From Eledone cirrhosa (lineage: Eukaryota), in assembly GCA_964016885.1 (NCBI GenBank), contig OZ024742.1, forward strand, positions 167,648,001 to 167,712,000: a stretch of 64,000 nt of DNA, written 5' to 3'. The notes beneath the pieces are model-generated. The model was not told the origin of the DNA, searched no databases, and saw only the letters and a program-made list of their open reading frames with translations. The first letter of the stretch is position 1. The number at the start of each line of letters is the position of its first letter. Shown here one piece after another: positions 1-11,370 of this stretch. Made by a program: the position numbers and the translations under genes.

Positions 1-40
1 TAAAAAAAATCAGGGGGAGATAATTAGTAAAAAAAATCAA

Positions 41-264
41 GGGGAGATAATTTCCAGCCGTCCAAGGGGAGGTAATATCTAGCCGTCCAAGGGGAGATAA
101 TTTCCAGCCGTCCAAGGGGAGATAATTTCCAGCCGTCCAAGGGTAGATAATATCCAGCCGTCCAAGTAGACATATTTTCCAGCCGTCCAAGGAGAGGTAA
201 TTTCTAGCCGTCCAAGGGGAGATAAATTCCAGCCTCCAAGGGGAGATAATTTCCAGCCAGCCAA
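41..264 (+). repeat. Cassette 1: stereotyped 9-monomer A block (~224 bp), example copy
   Basis: Fixed order: consensus, GGGGAGGTAATATCTAG.., consensus x2, GGGTAGATAATATCC.., G(T/G)AGACAT(AT)TTTCC.., GGAGAGGTAATTTCTAG.., 24-bp GATAAATTCCAGCCTCCAA, terminal CCAGCCAGCCAA. It recurs with ends at about 1588, 3789, 9178, 14641, 26057, 33160, 39878, 55132 and 63074 (ORF track MAGWKLSP..GGWNLSPLGRLEITSPW). Confidence 0.95.
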
Positions 265-869
265 GGGGAGATAATTTGTAAAAAAATCAGGGGAGATAAT
301 TTGTAAAAAAAATCAGGGGGAGATAATTTGTAAAAAAAAATCAGGGGGAGATAATTTGTAAAAAAAAATCAGGGGGAGATAATTTGTAAAAAAAATCAGG
401 GGGAGATAATTTGTAAAAAAAAATCAGGGGGAGATAATTTGTAAAAAAAAATCAGGGGGAGATAATTTGTAAAAAAAAATCAGGGGGAGATAATTTGTAA
501 AAAAAATCAAGGGGAGATAATTTCCAGCCGTCCAAGGGGAGATAATTTCCAGCCGTCCAAGGGGAGGTAATATCTAGCCGTCCAAGGGGAGATAATTTCC
601 AGCCGTCCAAGAGGAGATAATTTCCAGCCGTCCAAGGGTAGATAATATCCAGCCGTCCAAGGAGACATATTTTCCAGCCGTCCAAGGAGAGGTAATTTCT
701 AGCCGTCCAAGGGGAGATAAATTCCAGCCTCCAAGGGGAGATAATTTGTAAAAAATCAGGGGGAGATAATTTGTAAAAAAAATCAGGGGGAGATAATTTG
801 TAAAAAAAAATCAGGGGGAGATAATTTGTAAAAAAAATCAGGGGGAGATAATTTGTAAAAAAAAATCAA

Positions 870-1078
870 GGGGAGATAATTTCCAGCCGTCCAAGGGGAG
901 ATAATTTTCAGCCGCCCAAGGGGAGATAATTTCCCGCCAGCCAAGGGAAGATAATATTTAAAAAATCAGGCGGAGATAATTTGTAAAAAAAATCAGGGGG
1001 AGATAATTTGTAAAAAAATCAGGGGGAGATAATTTGTAAAAAAAAAATCAGGGGGAGATAATTTGTAAAAAAAATCAG
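870..1078 (+). repeat. Cassette 5: short A block ending CCCGCCAGCCAA, then GGGAAGATAATATTTA(n)TCAGGCGG, then a B run with A-tracts 8-7-10-8; example copy
   Basis: The same ending and B run are read directly at about 1750-1960, 3930-4080, 5130-5310, 7540-7720 and 63360-63545. Confidence 0.9.
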
Positions 1079-2208
1079 GGGGAGATGATTTGTAAAAAAA
1101 ATCAGGGGTAGATAATTTGTAAAAAAAAATCAGGGGGAGATAATTTGTAAAAAAAAATCAGGGGGAGATAATTTGTAAAAAAAATCAAGAGGAGATAATT
1201 TCCAGCCGTCGAAGGGAAGATAGTTTCCAGCCCTCCAAGGGGCTATAATTTCCAGCGTCCAAGGGGAGATAATTTCCAGCCAGCGAAGGGGAGATAATTT
1301 TTTTAAAAAAATCATTGGGAGATTTGTAAAAAAAATCAGGGGGAGATAATTGGTAAAAAAAATCAAGGGGAGATAATTTCCAGCCGTCCAAGGGGAGGTA
1401 ATATCTAGCCGTCCAAGGGGAGATAATTTCCAGCCGTCCAAGGGGAGATAATTTCCAGCCGTCCAAGGGTAGATAATATCCAGCCGTCCAAGTAGACATT
1501 TTCCAGCCGTCCAAGGAGAGGTAATTTCTAGCCGTCCAAGGGGAGATAAATTCCAGCCTCCAAGGGGAGATAATTTCCAGCCAGCCAAGGGGAGATAATT
1601 TGTAAAAAAATCAGGGGGAGATAATTTGTAAAAAAAATCAGGGGGAGATATTTTGTAAAAAAAAATCAGGGGGAGATAATTTGTAAAAAAAAATCAGGGG
1701 GAGATAATTTGTAAAAAAAAATCAGGGGGAGATAATTTGTAAAAAAAATCAAGGGGAGATAATTTCCAGCCGTCCAAGGGGAGATAATTTTCAGACGTCC
1801 AAGGGGAGATAATTTCCCGCCAGCCAAGGGAAGATAATATTTAAAAAAATCAGGCGGAGATAATTTGTAAAAAAAATCAGGGGGAGATAATTTGTAAAAA
1901 AATCAGGGGGAGATAATTTGTAAAAAAAAAATCAGGGGGAGATAATTTGTAAAAAAAATCAGGGGGAGATAATTTGTAAAAAAAAATCAGGGGTAGATAA
2001 TTTGTAAAAAAAAATCAGGGGGAGATAATTTGTAAAAAAAAATCAGGGGGAGATAATTTGTAAAAAAAATCAAGGGGAGATAATTTCCAGCCGTCCAAGG
2101 AGAGATAATTTAAAAAAAAAATCAGGCGGAGATAATTTGTAAAAAAAAATCAAGGGGAGATAATTTGTAAAAAAAAATCAGGGGGAGATAATTTGTAAAA
2201 AAAATCAA

Positions 2209-2334
2209 GGGGAGATAATTTCCAGCCGTCCAAGGGAAGATAATTTCCAGCACTCCAAGGGGCTATAATTTCCAGTGTCCAAGGGGAGATAATTTCCAGC
2301 CAGCGAAGGGGAGATAATTTTTTTAAAAAAATCA
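2209..2334 (+). repeat. Cassette 2: 4-monomer A block (consensus, GGGAAG..CAGC(A/C)CTCCAA, 24-bp GGGGCTATAATTTCCAG(T/C)GTCCAA, ..CAGCCAGCGAA) plus a T-tract/A-tract unit; example copy
   Basis: The GGGGCTATAATTT variant recurs throughout in this context, e.g. about 1240, 4710, 4890, 6050, 6985, 8020 and 63845. Confidence 0.92.
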
Positions 2335-2386
2335 GGGGGAGATATGTAAAAAAAATCAGAGGGAGATAATTTCTAAAAAAAATCAA

Positions 2387-2714
2387 AGGGAGATAATTTC
2401 CAGCCGTCCAAAGAGAGATAATTTCTAGCCGTCCAAGGGGAGATAATTTCCAGCCAAGGGGAGATAATATCCAGCCGTCCAAGGGGAGATAATTTTTTAA
2501 AAAATCAGGTGGAGATAATTTGTAAAAAAAATCAGGGGGAGATAATTTGTAAAAACAAAATCAAGGGCAGATAATTTCCAGCTGTCCAAGGGGAGATAAT
2601 TTCCAGCCGTGCAAGGGGAGATAATTTCCAGCCGTCCAAGGGGAGATAATTTCCATCCTTCCAAGGGGAGATAATCTCCAGCCGTCCAAGGGGAGATAAT
2701 TTCCCGCCAGCCAA
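2387..2714 (+). repeat. Cassettes 3 and 4: AGAGAG../21-bp GGGGAGATAATTTCCAGCCAA block, then GTAAAAACAAAATCAA + GGGCAG..CTGTCC, ..CCGTGCAA, ..CAT(C/A)CTTCC, ..CCCGCCAGCCAA block; example copy
   Basis: The same variant order recurs near 3185-3465, 6150-6449, 8145-8474, 13610-13937, 24340-24666, 38220-38548, 41900-42201, 54100-54428 and 61890-62189. Confidence 0.9.
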
Positions 2715-5700
2715 GGGAAGATAATTTTTAAAAAAATCAGGCGGAGATTGTAAAAAAAATCAGGGGGAGATAATTTGTAAAAAAATCAGGGGGAGATAAT
2801 TTGTTAAAAAAAAATCAGGGGAGATAATTTGTAAAAAAAAATCAGGGGGAGATAATTTGTAAAAAAAAATCAGGGGGAGATAATTTGTAAAAAAAATCAG
2901 GGGTAGATAATTTGTAAAAAAAAATCAGGGGGAGATAATTTGTAAAAAAAAATCAGGGGGAGATAATTTGTAAAAAAATCAAGGGTAGATAATATGCAGC
3001 CGTCCAAGGGGAGATAATTTTCAGCCGTCCAAGGAGAGGTAATTTCTAGCCGTCCAAGGGGAGATAATTTCCAGCCGTCCAAGGGGAGATAATTTCCAGC
3101 CGTCCAAGGGGAGATAGTTTTTTTTAAAAAATCAGGGGGAGATTTGTAAAAAAAATCAGGGGGAGATAATTTGTAAAAAAAATCAAAGGGAGATAATTTC
3201 CAGCCGTCCAAAGAGAGATAATTTCTAGCCGTCCAAGGGGAGATAATTTCGAGCCAAGGGGAGATAATTTCCAGCCGTCCAAGGGGAGATAATTTTTTAA
3301 AAAATCAGGTGGAGATAATTTGTAAAAAAAATCAGGGGGAGATAATTTGTAAAAACAAAATCAAGGGCAGATAATTTCCAGCTGTCCAAGGGGAGATAAT
3401 TTCCAGCCGTGCAAGGGGAGATAATTTCCAGCCGTCCAAGGGGAGATAATTTCCCGCCAGCGAAGAGAAGATAATTTTTTAAAAAATCAGGCGGAGATTG
3501 TAAAAAAAATCAGGGGGAGATAATTTGTAAAAAAATCAGGGGGAGATAATTTGTAAAAAAATCAAGGGGAGATAATTTCCAGCTGTCCAAGGGGAGGTAA
3601 TATCTAGCCGTCCAAGGGGAGATAATTTCCAGCCGTCCAAGGGGAGATAATTTCCAGCCGTCCAAGGGTAGATAATATCCAGCCGTCCAAGGAGACATAT
3701 TTTCCAGTCCTCCAAGGAGAGGTAATTTCTAGCCGTCCAAGTGGAGATAAATTCCAGCCTCCAAGGGGAGATAATTTCCAGCCAGCCAAGGGGAGATAAT
3801 TTGTAAAAAATCAGGGGGAGATAATTTGTAAAAAAAATCAGGGGGAGATAATTTGTACAAAAAATCAGGGGTAGATAATTTGTAAAAAAAAATCAGGGGG
3901 AGATAATTTGTAAAAAGAATCAAGGGGAGATAATTTGCAGCCGTCCAAGGGGAGATAATTTCCCGCCAGCCAAGGGAAGATAATATTTAAAAAAATCAGG
4001 CGGAGATAATTTGTAAAAAAAATCAGGGGGAGATAATTTGTAAAAAAATCAGGGGGAGATAATTTGTAAAAAAAAAATCAGGGGGAGATTTGTAAAAAAA
4101 ATCAGGGGGAGATAATTTGTAAAAAAAATCAGGGGTAGATAATTTGTAAAAAAAAATCAGGGGTAGATAATTTGTAAAAAAAAATCAGGGGGAGATAATT
4201 TGTAAAAAAAATCAATTGGAGATAATTTCCAGCCGTCCAAGGGGAGATAATTTTCAGCCGTCCAAGGAGAGGTAATTTCTAGACGTCCAAGGGGAGATAA
4301 TTTCCAGCCGTCCAATGGGAGATAATTTCCAGCCGTCCAAGGGGAGATAATTTTTAAAAAAAAATCAGGCGGAGATAATTTGTAAAAAAAATCTAGGGGA
4401 GATAATTTGCAGCCGTCCAAGGGGAGATAATTTTCAGTCGTCCAAGGAGAGGTAATTTCTAGCCGTCCAAGGGGAGATAATTTCCAGCCGTCCAAGGGGA
4501 GATAATTTCCAGCCGTCCAAGGGGAGATAATTTTTTTTAAAAAATCAGGCGGAGATAATTTGTAAAAAAAATCAGGGGGAGATAATTTGTAAAAAAAAAT
4601 CAGGGGGAGATAATTTGTAAAAAAAAATCAGGGGGAGATAATTTGTAAAAAAAATCAAGGAGAGATAATTTCCAGCCGTCCAAGGGAAGATAATTTCAAG
4701 CCCTCCAAGGGGCTATAATTTCCAGTGTCCAAGGGGAGATAATTTCCAGCCAGCGAAGGGGAGATAATTTTTTTTTAAAAATCAGGGGGAGATTTGTAAA
4801 AAAAATCAGGGGGAGATAATTTGTAAAAAAAATCAAGGGGAGATAATTTCCAGCCGTCGAAGGGAAGATAATTTCCAGCCCTCCAAGGGGCTATAATTTC
4901 CAGCGTCCAAGGGGAGATAATTTCCAGCCAGCGAAGGGGAGATAATTTTTTTTTTTTTAAATCAGGGGAACATAATTTGTAAAAAAAATCAGGGGGAGAT
5001 AATTTGTAAAAAAAATCAAGGGGAGATAATTTGTAAAAAAAAATCAGGGGGAGATAATTTGTAAAAAAAAATCAGGGGGAGATAATTTGTAAAAAAATCA
5101 AGGGGAGATAATTTGTAAAAAAAAATCAAGGGGAGATAATTTCCAGCCGTCCAAGGGGAGATAATTTTCAGCCGTCCAAGGGGAGATAATTTCCCGCCAG
5201 CCAAGGAAAGATAATATTTAAAAAAATCAGGCGGAGATAATTTGTAAAAAAAATCAGGGGGAGATAATTTGTAAAAAAATCAGGGGGAGATAATTTGTAA
5301 AAAAAAAATCAGGGGTAGATAATTTGTAAAAAAAAATCAGGGGGAGATAATTTGTAAAAAAAAATCAGGGGGAGATAATTTGTAAAAAAAATCAATTGGA
5401 GATAATTTCCAGCCGTCCAAGGGGAGATAATTTTCAGCCGTCCAAGGAGAGGTAATTTCTAGACGTCCAAGGGGAGATAATTTCCAGCCGTCCAAGGGGA
5501 GATAATTTCCAGCCGTCCAAGGGTAGATAATATCCAGCCGTCCAAGGAGACATATTTTCCAGCTTTCCAAGGAGAGGTAATTTCTATCCGTCCAAGGGGA
5601 GATAAATTCCAGCCTCCAAGGGGAGATAATTTCCCGCCAGACAAGGGAAGGAAATATTTAAAAAAATCAGGCGGAGATAATTTGTAAAAAAAATCAGGGG

Positions 5701-8700
5701 GAGATAATTTGTAAAAAAATCAGGGGGAGATAATTTGTAAAAAAAAAATCAGGGGGAGATAATTTGTAAAAAAAAATCAGGGGTAGATGATTTGTAAAAA
5801 AAAATCAGGGGGAGATAATTTGTAAAAAAAAATCAGGGGGAGATAATTTGTAAAAAAAATCAAGGGGAGATAATTTCCAGCCGTCCAAGGAGAGATAATT
5901 TTAAAAAAAAATCAGGCGGAGATAATTTGTAAAAAAAATCAAGGGGAGATAATTTGTAAAAAAAAATCAGGGGGAGATAATTTGTAAAAAAAATCAAGGG
6001 GAGATAATTTCCAGCCGTCCAAGGGAAGATAATTTCCAGCACTCCAAGGGGCTATAATTTCCAGTGTCCAAGGGGAGATAATTTCCAGCCAGCGAAGGGG
6101 AGATAATTTTTTTAAAAAAATCAGGGGGAGATATGTAAAAAAAATCAGAGGGAGATAATTTCCAGCCGTCCAAAGAGAGATAATTTCTAGCCGTCCAAGG
6201 GGAGAAAATTTCCAGCCAAGGGGAGATAATTTCCAGCCGTCCAAGGGGAGATAATTTTTTAAAAAATCAGGGGGAGATAATTTGTAAAAACAAAATCAAG
6301 GGCAGATAATTTCCAGCTGTCCAAGGGGAGATAGTTTCCAGCCGTGCAAGGGGAGATAATTTCCAGCCGTCCAAGGGGAGATAATTTCCATACTTCCAAG
6401 GGGAGATAATTTCCAGCCGTCCAAGGGGAGATAATTTCCCGCCAGCCAAGGGAAGATAATTTGTAAAAAAATCAGGGGGAGATAATTTGTAAAAAAAAAA
6501 TCAGGGGGAGATAATTTGTAAAAAAAAATCAGGGGGAGATAATTTGTAAAAAAAAAATCAGGGGTAGATAATTTGTAAAAAAAATCAGGGCTAGATAATT
6601 TGTAAAAAAAAATCAGGGGGAGATAATTTGTAAAAAAAAATCAGGGGGAGATAATTTGTAAAAAAATCAAGGGGAGATAATATGCAGCCGTCCAAGGGGA
6701 GATAATTTTCAGCCGTCCAAGGAGAGGTAATTTCTAGCCGTCCAAGGGGAGATAATTTCCAGCCGTCCAAGGGGAGATAATTTCCAGCCGTCCAAGGGGA
6801 GATAGTTTTTTTAAAAAATCAGCCGGAGATAATTTGTAAAAAAAAAATCAGGGGGAGATAATTTGTAAAAAAAAATCAGGGGGAGATAATTTGTAAAAAA
6901 AAATCAGGGGGAGATAATTTGTAAAAAAATCAAGGGGAGATAATTTCCAGCCGTCCAAGGGAAGATAATTTCCAGCCCTCGAAGGGGCTATAATTTCCAG
7001 CGTCCAAGGGGAGATAATTTCCAGCCAGCGAAGGGGAGATAATTTTTTAAAAAAAATCATTGGGAGATTTGTAAAAAAAATCAGGGGGAGATAATTAGTA
7101 AAAAAAATCAAGGGGAGATAATTTCCAGCCCTCCAAGGGGAGGTAATATCTAGCCGTCCAAGGGGAGATAATTTCCAGCCGTCCAAGGGGAGATAATTTC
7201 CAGCCGTCCAAGGGTAGATAATATCCAGCCGTCCAAGTAGACATTTTCCAGCCGTCCAAGGAGAGGTAATTTCTAGCCGTCCAAGGGGAGATAAATTCCA
7301 GCCTCCAAGGGGAGATAATTTCCAGCCAGCCAAGGGGAGATAATTTGTAAAAAAATCAGGGGGAGATAATTTGTAAAAAAAATCAGGGGGAGATAATTTG
7401 TAAAAAAAATCAAGGGGAGATAATTTCCAGCCGTCCAAGGGGAGATAATTTTCAGCCGTCCAAGGGGAGATAATTTCCAGCCGTCCAAGGGGAGATAATT
7501 TCCATCCTTCCAAGGGGAGATAATTTCCAGCCGTCCAAGGGGAGATAATTTTCAGCCGTCCAAGGGGAGATAATTTCCCGCCAGCCAAGGGAAGATAATA
7601 TTTTAAAAAATCAGGCGGAGATAATTTGTAAAAAAAATCAGGGGGAGATAATTTGTAAAAAAATCAGGGGGAGATAATTTGTAAAAAAAAAATCAGGGGG
7701 AGATAATTTGTAAAAAAAATCAGGGGGAGATAATTTGTAAAAAAAAATCAGAGGTAGATAATTTGTAAAAAAAAATCAGGGGGAGATAATTTGTAAAAAA
7801 AAAATCAGGGGGAGATAATTTGTAAAAAAAATCAAGGGAGATAATTTCCAGCCGTCCAAGGAGAGATAATTTTTTAAAAAAATCAGGCGGAGATAATTTG
7901 TAAAAAAAAATCAAGGGGAGATAATTTGTAAAAAAAAATCAAGGGGAGATAAGTTGTAAAAAAAATCAAGGGGAGATAATTTCCAGCCGTCCAAGGGAAG
8001 ATAATTTCCAGCACTCCAAGGGGCTATAATTTCCAGTGTCCAAGGGGAGATAATTTCCAGCCAGCGAAGGGGAGATAATTTTTTTAAAAAAATCAGGGGG
8101 AGATATGTAAAAAAATCAGAGGGAGATAATTTCTAAAAAAAATCAAAGGGAGATAATTTCCAGCCGTCCAAAGAGAGATAATTTCTAGCCGTCCAAGGGG
8201 AGATAATTTCCAGCCAAGGGGAGATAATTTCCAGCCGTCCAAGGGGAGATAATTATTTAAAAAATCAGGTGGAGATAATTTGTAAAAAAAATCAGGGGGA
8301 GATAATTTGTAAAAACAAAATCAAGGGCAGATAATTTCCAGCTGTCCAAGGGGAGATAATTTCCAGCCGTGCAAGGGGAGATAATTTCCAGCCGTCCAAG
8401 GGGAGATAATTTCCATCCTTCCAAGGGGAGATAATGTCCAGCCGTCCAAGGGGAGATAATTTCCCGCCAGCCAAGGGAAGATAATTTTTAAAAAAATCAG
8501 GCGGAGATTGTAAAAAAAATCAGGGGGAGATAATTTGTAAAAAAAAAATCAGGGGGAGATAATTTGTAAAAAAAATCAGGGGTAGATAATTTGTAAAAAA
8601 AAATCAGGGGGAGATAATTTGTAAAAAAAAATCAGGGGGAGATAATTTCTAAAAAAATCAAGGGGAGATAATATGCAGACGTCCAAGGGGAGATAATTTT

Positions 8701-8914
8701 CAGCCGTCCAAGGAGAGGTAATTTCTAGCCGTCCAAGGGGAGATAATTTCCAGCCGTCCAAGGGGAGATAATTTCCAGCCGTCCAAGGGGAGATAGTTTT
8801 TTTAAAAAAATCAGGCGGAGATAATTTGTAAAAAAAAAATCAGGGGGAGATAATTTGTAAAAAAAAATCAGGGGGAGATAATTTGTGAAAAAAAAATTAG
8901 GGGGAGATAATTTG

Positions 8915-11370
8915 TAAAAAAAATCAGGGGGAGATAATTAGTAAAAAAAATCAAGGGGAGATAATTTCCAGCCGTCCAAGGGGAGGTAATATCTAGCCGT
9001 CCAAGGGGAGATAATTTCCAGCCGTCCAAGGGGAGATAATTTCCAGCCGTCCAAGGGTAGATAATATCCAGCCGTCCAAGTAGACATATTTTCCAGCCGT
9101 CCAAGGAGAGGTAATTTCTAGCCGTCCAAGGGGAGATAAATTCCAGCCTCCAAGGGGAGATAATTTCCAGCCAGCCAAGGGGAGATAATTTGTAAAAAAA
9201 TCAGGGGAGATAATTTGTAAAAAAAATCAGGGGGAGATAATTTGTAAAAAAAAATCAGGGGGAGATAATTTGTAAAAAAAAATCAGGGGGAGATAATTTG
9301 TAAAAAAAATCAGGGGGAGATAATTTGTAAAAAAAAATCAGGGGGAGATAATTTGTAAAAAAAAATCAGGGGGAGATAATTTGTAAAAAAAAATCAGGGG
9401 GAGATAATTTGTAAAAAAAATCAAGGGGAGATAATTTCCAGCCGTCCAAGGGGAGATAATTTCCAGCCGTCCAAGGGGAGGTAATATCTAGCCGTCCAAG
9501 GGGAGATAATTTCCAGCCGTCCAAGAGGAGATAATTTCCAGCCGTCCAAGGGTAGATAATATCCAGCTGTCCAAGGAGACATATTTTCCAGCCGTCCAAG
9601 GAGAGGTAATTTCTAGCCGTCCAAGGGGAGATAAATTCCAGCCTCCAAGGGGAGATAATTTGTAAAAAAATCAGGGGGAGATAATTTGTAAAAAAAATCA
9701 GGGGGAGATAATTTGTAAAAAAAAATCAGGGGGAGATAATTTGTAAAAAAAATCAGGGGGAGATAATTTGTAAAAAAAAATCAAGGGGAGATAATTTCCA
9801 GCCGTCCAAGGGGAGATAATTTTCAGCCGCCCAAGGGGAGATAATTTCCCGCCAGCCAAGGGAAGATAATATTTAAAAAATCAGGCGGAGATAATTTGTA
9901 AAAAAAATCAGGGGGAGATAATTTGTAAAAAAATCAGGGGGAGATAATTTGTAAAAAAAAAATCAGGGGGAGATAATTTGTAAAAAAAATCAGGGGGAGA
10001 TGATTTGTAAAAAAATCAGGGGTAGATAATTTGTAAAAAAAAATCAGGGGGAGATAATTTGTAAAAAAAAATCAGGGGGAGATAATTTGTAAAAAAAATC
10101 AAGAGGAGATAATTTCCAGCCGTCGAAGGGAAGATAGTTTCCAGCCCTCCAAGGGGCTATAATTTCCAGCGTCCAAGGGGAGATAATTTCCAGCCAGCGA
10201 AGGGGAGATAATTTTTTTAAAAAAATCATTGGGAGATTTGTAAAAAAAATCAGGGGGAGATAAGTGGTAAAAAAAATCAAGGTGAGATAATTTCCAGCCG
10301 TCCAAGGGGAGGTAATATCTAGCCGTCCAAGGGGAGATAATTTCCAGCCGTCCAAGGGGAGATAATTTCCAGCCGTCCAAGGGTAGATAATATCCAGCCG
10401 TCCAAGTAGACATTTTCCAGCCGTCCAAGGAGAGGTAATTTCTAGCCGTCCAAGGGGAGATAAATTCCAGCCTCCAAGGGGAGATAATTTCCAGCCAGCC
10501 AAGGGGAGATAATTTGTAAAAAAATCAGGGGGAGATAATTTGTAAAAAAAATCAGGGGGAGATATTTTGTAAAAAAAAATCAGGGGGAGATAATTTGTAA
10601 AAAAAAATCAGGGGGAGATAATTTGTAAAAAGAAATCAGGGGGAGATAATTTGTAAAAAAAATCAAGGGGAGATAATTTCCAGCCGTCCAAGGGGAGATA
10701 ATTTTCAGCCGTCCAAGGGGAGATAATTTCCCGCCAGCCAAGGGAAGATAATATTTAAAAAAATCAGGCGGAGATAATTTGTAAAAAAAATCAGGGGGAG
10801 ATAATTTGTAAAAAAATCAGGGGGAGATAATTTGTAAAAAAAAAATCAGGGGGAGATAATTTGTAAAAAAAATCAGGGGGAGATAATTTGTAAAAAAAAA
10901 TCAGGGGTAGATAATTTGTAAAAAAAAATCAGGGGGAGATAATTTGTAAAAAAAAATCAGGGGGAGATAATTTGTAAAAAAAATCAAGGGGAGATAATTT
11001 CCAGCCGTCCAAGGAGAGATAATTTTAAAAAAAAATCAGGCGGAGATAATTTGTAAAAAAAAATCAGGGGGAGATAATTTGTAAAAAAAATCAAGGGGAG
11101 ATAATTTCCAGCCGTCCAAGGGAAGATAATTTCCAGCACTCCAAGGGGCTATAATTTCCAGTGTCCAAGGGGAGATAATTTCCAGCCAGCGAAGGGGAGA
11201 TAATTTTTTTAAAAAAATCAGGGGGAGATATGTAAAAAAAATCAGAGGGAGATAATTTCTAAAAAAAATCAAAGGGAGATAATTTCCAGCCGTCCAAAGA
11301 GAGATAATTTCTAGCCGTCCAAGGGGAGATAATTTCCAGCCAAGGGGAGATAATATCCAGCCGTCCAAGG
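8915..11370 (+). repeat. Duplicate of ~1-2480 (offset 8914); part of ~7400-11370, which recurs at ~12860-16860 (offset ~5462)
   Basis: ORF pairs 79/8993, 452/9366 and 1130/10044 (offset 8914); 8292/13755, 8868/14331 and 10044/15506 (offset 5462-5463). Confidence 0.85.

Noticed and set aside
256-264. TTGGC on the minus strand of GCCAGCCAA units, resembling the C. elegans pairing-centre core
   Set aside because: It is only a 5-bp match limited to block-terminal variants, with no other support.
265-510. AGGGGGAG/GGAG as Shine-Dalgarno sites, TAAT/TATAAT as promoter boxes, A/T tracts as terminators
   Set aside because: These are repeat-intrinsic motifs with no downstream genes and no GC stem-loop before the T-runs.
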